NCBI GenBank assembly: GCA_020536535.1
Contig: JAHLWZ010000352.1
Location: 1 to 52,838 of the forward strand
Direction of reading: 5' to 3'
DNA from: Pelomyxa schiedti
Lineage: Eukaryota; Protista; Evosea
DNA length: 52,838 nucleotides
Made by a program: the position numbers and the translations under genes
In this document: in pieces, positions 24,301 through 37,348 of the stretch
How the letters are laid out: every line of letters starts with the position of its first letter
How positions within the stretch are numbered: position 1 is the stretch's first letter
The notes under the pieces: generated by a model
What the model was told of the DNA's origin: nothing
Databases searched by the model: none
The model's input: only the letters and a program-made list of their open reading frames with translations

Positions 24301-25950
24301 TTGTTGAGCAATGAGTTTCCAGGTTTGAAGTAGCACTGAAAACCTCTGTAATGGCAAGTTCATTGGCGGAACTGCTATAGGGCTTTGGAGTCGCAGTATG
24401 GAGCAGGTTGACACAAGTATTTTGTAACCAAGAAACTAGATGAGGAATGGGAAAGCCCAAGAGGCACTGGGAATTTTTTTTGCAGAGTCTCGTTATTTCT
24501 TGGTTGAGATCATTCAAAGATGTTTCTGAAAGAATCTCAGTGCTGTTATGGTTTGGAGATTAATATAGAGTGTACCTGTTAAATCTTCAACTGGAATATC
24601 AAACAAATTGCGTAGTTGGAGTAAGTCATCGGGTACCTCTTCATATTGAGTCCGTTAGTAAAGTTGGCTTGTTTTGGTGAGAGATTGATTACCTGAAGAG
24701 TGTGTCCTGCGGGCAAACACTTTGGGGCCTTCCCTGGTTTGTTGCGATGGCACAGTACATTGAACCTGTTGCTCACTGGCAGTAACGTTTGAAAGGGTTC
24801 GTCGTGTGTCTGTGGGAGAATTTTGTTCCAGTATACAATTTTCTTGTTGGCTCTCTGTGTTGTCTGTAGGTGATTCTTGAAAAAGTTGACTGGACTTCCT
24901 AGGGGTAAGGGGGTGGCCCTGCTTGGTTTTTGAATGTGACAGGCGTGGGGATGCAATGGAAGAAATCTTGCGAGTAATTCGTGGGGAGACCAACAAAACC
25001 TCCCTCTTTTCCACAGAGTTGTGATTGTTGCTGTTATTATCTGTTGCATATTCTCTGCTAGCACAGTTTTGGTGAGCAGTGTTTTGTTCATAATGCAGTG
25101 GGATGGCATCATCAAAGCTGAGACGCGTTGGCGACAGCAGGGGAGGAGCAGGAGAAGTCACCAGTGCTGTCATCCTCCCCGTCCGCGGTGACTTCGGAGG
25201 CGGTGTGGAGAATGAGCGCGATAAAGACGGCCGCCGAGCGGGTGACTGTGCAGGATTGTCTGTTGCACCAAATGCACTGGCGCGGCGGTCACCACAAGAA
25301 CAAGAGCTCCGCGGAGAATCACATCCCACGCACCTCGCAGCAGCAACAATCCCCGACACCGGCCGCATCCTCAACACAGAGTGTGGCAAACTAGCACATC
25401 CCAGCCCCTCATCAACTCCGCCAATCCCAACGCCAATCTCAACGCCACTCGCAAATCTCACACTCCTGGGGCCACCACCACCACCACGCCTGTGGCTCAG
25501 AGGCGGCGAAGGCGGCGGCGAGACGGCCGCCGCATCCCCGCAAGGGAAGCCGTCGCCGCCATCGCCTGGAGACAGCAGCGGCGCCAGCGGCGAGCACGGC
25601 GGCACCGAAGGGAGCACGCACGGGGGCGGCGGCGGGGCCAGCGACGTGGTGCTGTGCCGCCGCGTCAGGGGCGCCCCGGGCGTGCGCGAAAGCGACCGCG
25701 GGTGCGGCGCGATCCCGGGGGTCGTGGTGGTTGTGCTGGCCGCCGCGCGGCGCGACGAGTGCGGCGGCGGCGTCGCGGGCGCGGGAGCAGGAGACGAGGG
25801 ATGATGCGGAGGAGGAGGAGGAGCAGCGGAGATCTGGTGAGGTACAGTGACAGGCGGCCGCGAGTTTGGGTGTTGCGGTGACGACACGGAAGAAGAAGAG
25901 GAGGAGGAGTGCAGGGGGCGGACTTGGTTGTCAAGATCTGGCGTCCTCAT
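18385..25950 (-). CDS. NIPBL: Cohesin loader Nipped-B/SCC2 (HEAT repeats) with inserted PHD finger, multi-exon
   Basis: Motifs DLLCTLNSPEWPASELMLQV, SAVALQLIQ, DTAPSVRSATLEL, DNSVSVRKRV, PLLLVPHLTALHPFL, IECDLV, RSLYILGTL, GSTNPL and LPYRTHDEPLFVV. The first exon is Pro/Ser-rich. Confidence 0.9.
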
Positions 25951-26384
25951 CTTGTGTGTGCACGACGAGCAACAAAACGAAATAAAATAAAATGTTGTGT
26001 GGCTTGACACGCCGCTTTCTGTGTGTGCCTTTTCACAGGATAATTTCTGATCTCCAGGATCTCCATTGGGGCCTCAGAGGGCTCAGGCCACACTTAGGAG
26101 TTCTCACTGCCGTTCAGATCTTGCAAGAAGAGGGAAGCCCAACACATTTTGTTGAGGTGGGACGGTTTTGATCAACCCGGCGATTTCGCCAAATTTTCCG
26201 GTGCGCACTGTCATTAGAAGAAGGTCGGGTGCATAAAGACATGAACGAAGGAACGTTTTTTCTTTCTCACAGGTTGAATGTCTTTCCTTGTGGTGGGTTA
26301 ATAGAAAACCCAAAAAAACTCTCAGCAGACTAACCAAACATAATAAAAAAAAGTTGTAGTGAAGGTACAGGGTTGTGGTGAAGA

Positions 26385-29300
26385 ATGAAGACCTTGGTTC
26401 CTGGCGTGAATAGCAACAGGGTGTCAGACGCATCAACATCTGATGATGGTGGAGGCGATTTGGAGGATGGTTCTGCTGCTGTGGAAATGTGCAAGTTCAC
26501 TGGAAGCACTGCCAGTATTCATTTGAACGGAATTGGACGCCCAATTGAATCCAGTCAGATAATTAAAAGGAGAGGGTAGGATTTTACCTTTTTTTTCTTT
26601 TATTTACAGTATTGTTGTTAACTCTTTTTTTTTTTTGTTGTTGTTTGCAGTAAGCTTGCAGGAGCGTTCTCGCTTATGGCCGTTGTTCCTCTCGTTGCTG
26701 CTCTAGTAGTTGTTATAATTATCGCTGTCAGTTTGGCACCTACTACTGCTCTGTGGGTGGCCTCCCTGCGTTCTCTGAGTGGGACCTGTTCTTCCAGCAT
26801 TTCAAAGGTTATCACCGCAACACTATTTATTTAGTTTGGATTAACTTTCATGTAGGAGATGGATGTTTACCGAAACCTTCTGGTTGAAAAGAGCGTCTCC
26901 AATATCTCTTCGCATATGAGCATCCCTCCCACAGTAGCCTACGTTGTACAAATTTCCCTTCCTGAGGCAGCATACACGTCGCCGGTCCCTTTACACACAG
27001 ACCATAGTGTGTTCCAGTCTGTGTTCCGGGGTCTGGCCAAGCACTTCTCAGCAATCAATAACATGGTATTCATTTCTATCGACCAATCACAGATTCTAAC
27101 CCCCAAAAAGTTCGTCGGATGGGTAAATGACCAAGGAGAACACTTTTACATTGACAGGCAACAAACATGGGGAATGTATGACAGTTGCGTCGATTCCAAC
27201 ATATCACTCTTTTACATTCGCAACGGGGAAGCCACAAATGAAAAGGCAGCACCTGTCACAAACTACAACCTCACAGTAAGAGCTTGGTGGTATGGATATG
27301 GTTCCATTGTATATATGGGCCTAACGGAAAAAAACAAGGACAACGGGGCTTTCGGCATGGACTGGGTCCTGGACATCTGTATATATGTCGGTCAATCCGG
27401 ACGATGGAAGACTCATAGGATATACCCTGAGGCCTCCTTTTGATGTGCCTGTTGTCATACAAGTGACTTACAGCACTGCATTCCTCCAAGAATTCTTCAA
27501 GAACTTCAACCTCACAAAGCACGGCCTTGCCTTCTTGCTGGAGAATGGATCTCTGAAAATTGTAGCAGGGACAACAGGCATTCCCATTCTTACTGATACC
27601 GGGGGAGATACTTTCGCCCTTACCTCCACTGATGACACTGTCAGGGATGCAGCAGCAAAGGTGATCCCTCTAATCCTTCATTCTCCAATTGTGACTTCCG
27701 CAGTGGTTGAACATGACTGGCCCCACTCCAGTTGAAAGTCATTTCACTATGATGATGGTGGAGGAAGGAATATCCTTTGTAGATGTAGTTCCAATTACTG
27801 CAAGTGGCGGGCTGGTACTGTGGCTATTCCTGGTCACGCCAGAGAAGGTTTCCTAATTCAATTCCTATTTATGGTCTGACTGGTCCATAGGATTTCATGC
27901 AAGAAATTCAAGAGGAGCAAACTACCGCTGTGGACGACGCATACTTCTCCCTGTGGGTAGTACTGGGCGTAGAAGTAGTCATTGCCATCCTAGCTGTTGT
28001 GATTAGTATTACTTTAGCACTTGTTCTTGCTCGAGCCCTCTCGGCAGTTATAAGCAAACTCAAAAAAGTTTCAAGTGGACAGTTGACAAAGTAAGCTACA
28101 ATTTATTCTCTCTTTTCTTTCTTACATAAAATAGGAGGCAGAGTAGCAACGACCTCAAGACTAGCATGTTGCGAGAAATTGACTCGGTACATTGCTCTTT
28201 AGGCCTCCCTTTTTCTCTTATTCCCTCTCAGCTGAACTCTGAAGTTACAAGCATGCAATCGGCGTTGGAGTCTTTCAGCCAGTAAGTCTCCTTATCCCGT
28301 TTTTCCCACCCTAATAGTGCCCACAGATATGTTCCAACTCAAGTCGTTCGGTAACAGAATTTCCGCAAGATCACCCAGAGTCTAACCCTTGCTTCAGATA
28401 CCTGTGCAAGAATCACATGAAACCAATTGTTGGGGTAACCAAAATGCACTGCACTGTGATGTTTCTGGACATTGTTGATTTCGTAGGTATTTCTTTATGG
28501 TTTTTAACACTGACTGGTCTCTAGACACATACTATGGAACAATATGGTGCTCAAACTGTGCTGGACATCCTTTCCACAATGTTTGAATCATTTTCTACAA
28601 TTATTTCTAAGAACGACGGGTGCATTGATAAGGTAGCCACTTCACAAGACATTTCTCCCTTCTAATTCTTCTCTCACACCAGTATATCGGTGATGCCATC
28701 ATGGTGAGTATTGAAACACTTTTCTTTTCATTCTGAAAGCACAATGTAGGCATTATGGGGATGTCCTGTGGTTGATCCCAACTCCGAATTGAAAGCTTGT
28801 CACGCCATCGCTGAGATTTTAGCCGATTTAGATAGAATAAATGTCATTTTCAAAACGAAGTCTTACCCGACAATGCGCATTCGTATTGGGGTAAGTTATA
28901 CCATACCCCTTAGGATAACGTATTTACGTTTTCTTGCAGCTTCACTCTGGAGAAGTGAACGCCGGAAATGTTGGGTATCAAAAAACAATTCAAGCTTCCC
29001 AACCAACTGACTAACATTTCACCAGATCAAGTCAAAGACTCAACTTCACGGTCCTAGGTTATTGTCTCTTGTTGTGCATGCATTACCTTACATTTACTAG
29101 GAAGCACTGTCAATTTGGCCAGCAGATTAGAACCTCTAAATAAAGAACTGCACACCTCAGTTCTTGTAACTGATTCTATCAGAGATGCTGTCTGGGCCGC
29201 TACCAATAGTGAGATATTTACATGGCGGGCCATTGGTCACATTCAGGTACCACTTCATTCTCCTGCTGATAGCATCGCTCACTTCATACAAGGTACGCGG

Positions 29301-29598
29301 AATCAAAGTACCTGTCCTCGTCCATGAATTCTTGGGCTTCACAGCAAAGTATGCTTCATTTCGATTTCCAACAGTACTTACAATATTTTAAATCGGCAGT
29401 TTAAGTGAGCAGACCGCCAGAATGGTGAAGAACTATTCCGGAATTGACCGCATGCTCTACCACGGCAAGAAAGGCGCTGCTCCAGCGGACATTACAACAG
29501 CCATTGATGAATATCTTGAAGATAACCCTGATGACTTCGCTGCTACGCAGGCCAGAAAGATGCTCGCAAATATTCGTGCCTCTTTTCACGCCCATTGA
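26385..29598 (+). CDS. Receptor-type class III adenylate cyclase (TM - extracellular sensor - TM - HAMP-like - cyclase); apparent frameshift near 27380
   Basis: CTVMFLDIVDFT, DKYIGDAIMALWG, RIRIGLHSGEVNAGNVGS, NFTVLGSTVNLASRLE and VRGIKVPV. Hydrophobic segments at about 26680-26760 and 27950-28040. Confidence 0.9.
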
Positions 29599-29721
29599 TC
29601 AAACATTACCATTTTTTTACAAAATTCTACCCTATCCACATTTGTTTAAAAAAAAAAAGATATCCATAAATTCTTTTATATTTCTGACTGGGTTCCGAAT
29701 TTGTGGGAATAGATAGAATCA

Positions 29722-30835
29722 TCAGTTGGAGAGTAGCAGTGTGGAACCTTGTAGGCGATGAGACTGCATGAGGTTCTCAGAATGAGAGTCAATCCCATCT
29801 TTTGCCCAAGATCTGTGGTTCATATGTAAACATAGGTCAGAATACTGTAAATGAATGGAAGAGAAACATACGTAAGGTGCTGTTAGTAGGATGAAGACAT
29901 GACCCAAAGAAAGCAGCATTCATAGTCTTAAGGGAAACACTCGTAGTGACAGGTTTCTCGGCACCCCAGTTACAACCTTTGATATTGGTTTTTTGGTTAT
30001 AGAAAATTGGGAAGGAAAGTACCAATAGTTTGGCACCAGATAGTAGCGTTACGCTCGTTGTTGGTGAAACAGAACATATTTTCATGTCCAAATAATCGAA
30101 GAGTGACTGGGCCGGTGCACCGTTTTTTATAGTTCTTCAGCAGGACTTTCATATGACTGGGGTCATAAAGTTGAGTTTTGGCCTGGGAAGGTATTTGGTT
30201 GGATATAAAAGACAATTAACAAACTGGGTGATCTGGGAGGTCAAACATTTGCAGGGTGTTAGCCACATCTACGGAGTAGGGCGTTATCGGAACCCATGTT
30301 CTCCTGTTGTTATTATGAAAAAGGAGGATTTCCTTCCCAGTAGGATCTTTGCTCAGGTTAAGGTAAATTTTCTGCGAGGATAATGTTTGCCTCATATCAA
30401 AATGACCAAACAACATACCTCCTCTTTGCTGAAAAAGCTAAGTGCTGATTTTATGGAGCTGGGATTAACATCAAAAACAACGCGATTATATTTGGCCGCA
30501 CTGTCACACAGCTCCAAGTTAAGAACCGATCCCTAAAGTAAATAAATCCAAGTGCACAACAAAGAGGGAAAAATAAAAAATAAAAAAAAGGAAGAAATAC
30601 ATACGATTTCAGCTTGAACCCAGACTTTGACCAAGGGTTCATCAACAAGCATGCACAGGGTTTTTTGAAAAGGTGATATGAGCATGGCAACTGCCCCCTG
30701 CTTCTTCACCTTGCGCACACAATCACACATCCCTTTTTGTTGGGGGGAAAAACCAGTTAACCAGTGCACTGTGGGCGATAACAACATTATACCATTGAGA
30801 ATGCCTACGCCGACAATCGAAGCTTTAAATCGCAT
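29722..30835 (-). CDS. Hypothetical multi-exon protein
   Basis: A chain of short minus-strand ORFs separated by GT-AG introns of about 50 nt. No recognisable domain; both ends are uncertain. Confidence 0.45.
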
Positions 30836-31028
30836 TACAACTACTATGGACAGAATCGTTGAGTGTCACTGTTTCACTACAAACACTGGCGCCAAATTAT
30901 GGGGCGAGTAAGCACCACGTAGTCCCATCGCCCTCGTCTGTCTGTAACAAAAACAACTTCGCCGAAACCGTATAACCTTTGCCCGAACCGTCACGACTAC
31001 CTCCCCCACAACAACAGCGCCGCCGGTG

Positions 31029-34000
31029 ATGATGACATCGACGGAACCACCCCACCTACTCACAGCCACAATTGATGCGACTGCCGATGATGGTTGTGCC
31101 AGTTGGTACGGTACAGCAGTAACTATCGTGGATCTGCCGGACAGCGTCATCGTCGCCATCGCTGCCTACGTGGCCGCCGATGCAACCCCAATCACCGCAA
31201 CAACAAGCAAAAACATTGTCGCCCCAGGAGCTCCTGATGATGGAACCACCACCAACACAGAAACGGCAACGGCTTCTACCGAGGAAACAACAACAACAAC
31301 AACCCCAACCCCACCCGCCGTCCCGTCGGGAATCACTCTGTCGATGGTGGCCAGAATGCCAGCCGAAACGGCGGCGAGACCAACCTCAATGTTTCATGGA
31401 TACGATGAGTTGCTGAAGGTCAGGAAGGCCATGGAGGGGGACGCGCCGCCACAGTTCGTGTCTCGTCGGAACACGAGGGGCGCAGCGGACCTGATGGCGA
31501 TGAGGAGGGCGTGCAGGAGGATCCACGACCTCATGGGCACCGTGCCGTTCTGGGTCGAGATGTGCAGGCACAGGTACGGCCACTTCGCCGTGCCTGACGA
31601 GATGACGCCGGAGCAGATGGCAGCGTTGGAGGCCGAGAAGGCCGCCGCGAGGGAGAAGGCTGCTGCCGAGGCCAAGGCAATCGAGGACGAGAAGGAAAGG
31701 CAGAGGGTCGCGATTGAGAGGGAGCAGCTGATGGCAAAGAGGAGAGCAGAGAGGATGGAGAAGCAAGTCGCTGCGGAGGCTGAAAGGCAGAGACTCGCTG
31801 AAGAAGCCGCTGCCGCCGCCGCCGCCGCAGCAGCAGCAACAACAACAACAGAAGAAGCTCCAACAGGAACAAAAACAACAACGACAATCAAGGATGATGA
31901 TGGGACTTCATCCACCGGTGGAGACAAACAAACACCTGCACCTTCACCTTCCGCAAATAGCGCGGTTGGTGCAACAGCAGAACCCGCAACAACCGATCCC
32001 TCCACGTCAGTCACTGCTCCCACCGCTCCTGCTGTCACAGTTGCTGTTCAGCCAGCAGAAACACAACCGGATCCTGAAGAAGAAGAACCGGCCGCACCTC
32101 CATCCAAAATTGCAGAAGTTGTGGTTGCATATTCACACAGCAGAATTGTTCTTCCGACAGGTCGCAACGATGCTTCTTGGTGGGAGAAAATATTTTTCGA
32201 TGTTTCTCACATGTAAGTGGCCTTTCCGTTTTTATGCAATCTCATTCCGTTCTGCCCTCAAAATATTTCAGAGGTTGTGACCATTGCAATGCATTTCCAA
32301 TGGAAGTTTTCTTCAAGTGCCTTCATTGCAATGATGTTTATTTGTGTGAAAACTNNNNNNNNNNNNNNNNNNNNNNNNNNNNNNNNNNNNNNNNNNNNNN
32401 NNNNNNNNNNNNNNNNNNNNNNNNNNNNNNNNNNNNNNNNNNNNNNNNNNNNNNGCGTCATCGTCGCCATCGCTGCCTACGTGGCCGCCGATGCAACCCC
32501 AATCACCGCAACAACAAGCAAAAACATTGTCGCCCCAGGAGCTCCTGATGATGGAACCACCACCAACACAGAAACAGCGACGGCAACGGCTTCTACCGAG
32601 GAAACAACAACAACAACCCCACCCGCTGTCCCTTCGGGGATCACCCTGTCGATGGTGGCCAGAATGCCAGCCGAGACGGCGGCGAGACCAACCTCAATGT
32701 TTCATGGATACGATGAGTTGCTGAAGGTCAAGAAGGCCATGGAGGGGGACGCGGCGCCACAGTTCGTGTCTCGTCGGAACACGAGGGGCGCAGCGGACCT
32801 GATGGCGATGAGGAGGGCGTGCAGGAGGATCCACGACCTCATGGGCACCGTGCCGTTCTGGATCGAGATGTGCAGGCACAGGTACGGCTACTTCGCCGTG
32901 CCTGACGAGATGACGCCGGAGCAGATGGCCGCGTTGGAGGCCGAGAAGGCCGCCGCGAGGGAGAAGGCTGCTGCCGAGGCCAAGGCAATCGAGGACGAGA
33001 AGGAAAGGCAGAGGGTCGCGATGGAGAGGGAGCAGCTGAGGGCAAAGAGGAGAGCAGAGAGGATGGAGAAGCAAGTCGCTGCGGAGGCTGAAAGGCAGAG
33101 ACTCGCTGAAGAAGCCGCCGCCGCCGCCGCAGCAGCAGCAGCAACAACAACAACAGAAGAAGCTCCAACAGGAACAACAACAACAACAACCAAGGATGAT
33201 GATGGGACTTCATCCACCGGGGGAGACCAACAACCACCTTCACCTTCGCCTTCCGCAAATAACGCGGTTGGTGCAACAGCAGAACCCGCAACAACCGATC
33301 CCTCCACGTCAGTCACTGCTCCCACCGCTCCTGCTGTCACAGTTGCTGTTCAGCCAGCAGCAACACAACCGGATCCTGAAGAAGAAGAACCGGCCGCACC
33401 TCCATCCAAAATTGCGACAGTTGTGGTTGCATATTCACACAGCAGAATTGTTCTTCCGACAGGTCGCAACGATGCTTCTTGGTGGGAGAAGATATTTTTC
33501 GATGTTTCTCACATGTAAGTGGCCTTTCCGTTTTGATGCAATCTCATTCCGTTCTGCCCTCAAAATATTTCAGAGGTTGTGACCATTGCAATGCATTTCC
33601 AATGGAAGTTTTCTTCAAGTGCCTTCATTGCAATGATGTTTATTTGTGTGAAAACTGTGAATCTCATCACCCGAGGTTCGTCGACGTCTTTTTCTCCCAC
33701 CCCATCTCTCACTCTTTTTTTTTTTTTTTTTTTGACGACAGAACCCATCTCATGGCAAAAGTGTCCACACCTTTCAGGTGGACCCAACCGAACCTCAAAC
33801 TTCACCCATCACATTCAATTCATGCTGGGATTTGCAGTGTGTGTGCCGGACCCTTTGGTGAAGTTCAGTATCAGGTTTTCATTCATGCTCTCACAACGAA
33901 TCTGACTGACCCCCAATCATTGCAAACAGTGCTCTGAATGTGAGAGTTACAAAATATGTTCCACTTGCCGAAAAGCAGGACCGCTCGAGCACGAGCACTC

Positions 34001-34472
34001 AAAATTCTGGGAGGTGGTTGTTCCTGAGAATGAGTTGTATCCCCCCGGTCAGCGCGGAAACAATCCGCGAGGTGCCTCATGTGACGGGAAAGGCTCTAAA
34101 TGCATGGGGAGATGCAAGGGAATCAACTGGAAGTGCTTGGTGTGTGTCTCCACACATCCCACCACAAAAAACACGAAAAAGACTGAAGTGAGCCAAAGGT
34201 GTGCAACGACTATGACTTGTGTGAAGCATGTGAGAAGAACCGGGAATTCTCGTGCCGGAGTTATTACGGAAGCGTGTGTGATCCTGCCTCTCTTATTCAC
34301 CAGTTTTAACTCTGAATCACACACACACAGCGCAACACACATGACATGACACACCCGTTGCTCAAAGTGTTGGATTCCAGGTCAGTGGTTTTCGTTTCCA
34401 AATCTCACTCAATCAACACCCAGGTGGAACGGTACCAAGTGGATTCTGTCATGCCCAGTTTACAGATTCTAA
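31029..34472 (+). CDS. Protein with split F-box-like N-terminus, coiled coil and three ZZ-type zinc fingers (exon 1 present twice across an assembly gap)
   Basis: IVDLPDSVIVAIAAYV ... DLMAMRRACRRIH...FW (F-box-like halves). Spliced ZZ motifs CDHC..FKCLHCNDVYLCENC, CSVC..YQCSECESYKICSTC and CDG..WKCLVCNDYDLCEAC. Confidence 0.75.
31144..33656 (+). repeat. Near-identical direct duplication (31144-32354 and 32455-33656) flanking a 100-N gap
   Basis: The copies differ only by scattered SNPs and microsatellite lengths, and both breakpoints coincide with the gap edges. Confidence 0.9.
32355..32454. other. Assembly gap (100 N)
   Basis: Run of N. Confidence 1.
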
Positions 34473-34650
34473 CTCACAACTCCACCCATGTAGGACTGAC
34501 ACACCCCACAAAACCAAGTGTTTGTGTTCTTAGTTTTTGAACAAAACTAAAATTTTTTTTTCCCTTTGTGTTTGGTGCCCCAAAGGAAACGGCATCATAC
34601 AAACAGAGAAAAACGTTCTTCGTTCTTCGGTGCCATCGGCCATCCCACAA

Positions 34651-37148
34651 TAGACTTCCCCTAAAACAGTCTTCAGCCAACTGGGGTGTTGTCTTCCAGC
34701 CAACAACTCGTTTGACAGCCAGCACGCGGCGTGGGGGCTGACACAAGGGGTGGCAGCCAGCAGGTTGTGTGGCAGCCAGCAAATCGTTTGACAGCCAGCA
34801 CTTGGCATGGGAGCCAACATCTCAGGTGGAGGCTGACAAATTGTGTGGGAGCCAGCACCTGTCGGCTGTGGGAGCCTGCAAGCCTGCCACGCTCTGTCTG
34901 TGGGTGTGTGACAGCTTGCAGTTTTGTTGTCTGTGTGTGTGTACTGCTGTGGGTTGAGATCATTGCAAAAATAGAATAAAAAATTTTTTTTTTATTTTTC
35001 CTCACAATTAATCCCCTCCTGTCTGATGACATGGGGGTGTGGTGGAGAGATGGAGAGACGGCTGTGGGTGACGGTGAGGTAACACAGTGGTTGGTTTTGG
35101 CACCGCAGTTATATTGTTGAGTACCTTGATCCTCTCCGGAGATAAAAGAATACTCAGTCCGGTTCCCGTTTTCGCTGTGCTGCGGCCCGCGGTTCCTGGT
35201 ACTGTTGAGTGTGATGACAAAAAGGGAGAGGGATGTACATTGACTTTCAGCGCTGCAGATGGCAATCGGCAATTCCGCATCTATTATTACAAGGTGAAAC
35301 TGGAAAAAGAGAAAACGAGGAAAGAAGCCACATACCAGTGGCAAGCTGCCAGAAATACAGAAAATCACGCCGGCAATGACTCCTCATACAGGTTGATGGA
35401 AAAAGACCTAAAGTAATTTAAAAAGTTGATAAGATAACGAAATAAAGGACATAAAATGTTAAAATAATTTATTATTTAACACCACTCCATGCGTTCAGAT
35501 ATATATACAATAAATAAAACAAGTGTGGAAGTGAGACACAACACAACAGGACACGAGGGGATACCTGGGAAAAATCACATGAGCCACCAAATTCCCCTGT
35601 GCATCCCCTCAGTGCCAACCAGGAACCCCTGGCAGCAGTTACTTCGGGGAGGGTAAATTAAGCACAATACCTGGAAGATCGTGACCACTTGGCACCACAC
35701 CAACAGACCTCCCAACAACACAACCCCTACACCTCCAGTAACATCGGCCCTTGTCTTGGCGGACCACTTCTTTTTTTTTTTAAATTAAAATTTATTTATT
35801 GTTTTTCTAAGACGACCGACCGATGGTCTTCTGCAACTTTGTTTCACTATTCCTCTGGGCCAGCCTCCCCTCCTGCAACAAAGTTGCAAGAAAAAAAATT
35901 TAAAGCAAAAAAACAAGTCAGAGAGGGCCATATGTACTTGTACGTTCCCGGTGCAATGGGGGTCGTGAGTGTCAAGAGGCGGAGACGGCAAGGGATGGAT
36001 GTGAGGCCAAAATAGTGGTGTTGTGTTGTCGTGCGGTGCGTCGCGTTGCGTTGCGTTGCGTTGCGTCGCGTCGCGTTGCTTTGCGTTGCGTTGCATTGCC
36101 GTCATCGATGCGGAGCTTTCTGTGGTATTCCCTCCTCTCTCGCTTCACCTCTTTTTAACTTTTTGCAGGTGGGGGAAACTTTGCCATACACTCACCAAGG
36201 TAGAAACCCGTTACATTTTGTTTGTATTCCTCAACTCAACTTAGGCCGAAGCGGTCTGCAAGGCACCAGGAATAACATTTCACTGCCTCCACGCAATTCC
36301 AGCCACATTGCCGGCTTAGCTGAAACCCAGGCAGGGTCTCTCTTCTTTTCTTTTCTTTTTTTCTTTTCTTTTATTTTATTTTCTTTTTTGGGACTGATTG
36401 CGCGTCACTCCTGATACTCCGGATACTCCTCATATCCCCTCTAGGTCACCAAAGCATTATTCTCCAGGCTAGCCAGTTACTGTCACCAGGTATTAGCCCA
36501 TTACATTTTGTTTGTATTCCTCACCTCAACTTAGGCCGAAGCGGTCTCAAAGGCACCAGGAATAACATTTCACTGCCTCTGCTCTGTTCCAGGCCCGCCA
36601 CATTGCCGGCTTAGCACATGTGTATTCTTTCTTTTCTTTTTTCTTTTCTCAGTTCTGATAACCACCATAGATAGATATCTGGCAGCAGCCGGGTTAGACA
36701 ACTGATTGTGCGTCACTCCTGATACTCCACATATCCCCTCTAGGTCACCAAAGCACCACCTTCACTGTGCCCCAACCCTACACAGCCGCAGCATCCAAAT
36801 CCAACAAAAAATAAAACAAAAAAAATTTGTTTTGTTTTTTGGCTGTAGAACAACAATCACCACACACCACAACAGCCACATGCACAAACAACAAAACTGC
36901 AAGCTGCCACACACCCACAGACAGAGCGTGGCAGGCTTGCAGGCTCCCACAGCCAACAGGTGCTGGCTCCCACACAATTTGTCAGCCTCCACCTGAGATG
37001 TTGGCTCCCATGCCAAGTGCTGGCTGCCACACAACCTGCTGGCTGCCACCCCTTGTGCCAGCCCCCACACCACGTGCTGGCTGTCAAATGAGTTGTTGGC
37101 TGGAAGACAACACCCCAGTTGGCTGAAGACTGTTTTAGGGGAAGTCTA
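34651..37148. mobile_element. Non-autonomous DNA transposon, about 2.5 kb, with TIRs of about 300 bp and probable TA target duplication
   Basis: Left end TAGACTTCCCCTAAAACAGTCTTCAGCC; right end GGCTGAAGACTGTTTTAGGGGAAGTCTA. The TIRs are built from GGCAGCCAGC-like subrepeats. No transposase ORF. A second copy starts at 51302. Confidence 0.9.
36038..36093. repeat. (GCGTT/GCGTC)n microsatellite inside the TIR element
   Basis: gcgtcgcgttgcgttgcgttgcgttgcgtcgcgtcgcgttgc...; a shorter version occurs at about 52668-52700. Confidence 0.85.
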
Positions 37149-37348
37149 ATGTTGTTGTTTTTGTTGTTGTTGTTTGTTCTGTGTTGACATTGGCCATTGC
37201 CATGCTGTTGTCTGTTGTTGTCAGTTAGTTAGTTGTCGGTTGGCACTACTTGGAAAACACCAAGTTGTGGGTGGCAAAAATCGAGTTGTACCAAAAAATC
37301 ACCAACAAGTGCTGTGAAACTGATTAATTATAAATTAGGGAAAGTCTA
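37149..37348. mobile_element. Terminal fragment of a related TIR element
   Basis: Ends in TAGGGAAAGTCTA, similar to TAGGGGAAGTCTA at 37136-37148. Contains TGGAAAACACCAAGTT, resembling the TIR sequence TGGAAGACAACACCCCAGTT. Confidence 0.5.

Noticed and set aside
27375-27420. TGA codon reassignment (a splice choice here, and one near 48715, would create in-frame TGA)
   Set aside because: TGA is the evident stop of Raptor, myotubularin, the cyclase, Vps34 and Rac, and simpler explanations exist for both sites.
31144-33656. Tandem gene duplication
   Set aside because: Both breakpoints coincide with a 100-N gap and the differences look allelic. Most likely two haplotypes were scaffolded in tandem.
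34700-34900. CRISPR-like array
   Set aside because: The subrepeats are degenerate, lack unique regular spacers, lie within TIRs, and the context is eukaryotic.
34673-36414. ORFs inside the TIR element as transposase or cargo
   Set aside because: No DDE or DNA-binding motifs, and the frames are broken by indels between the two copies.
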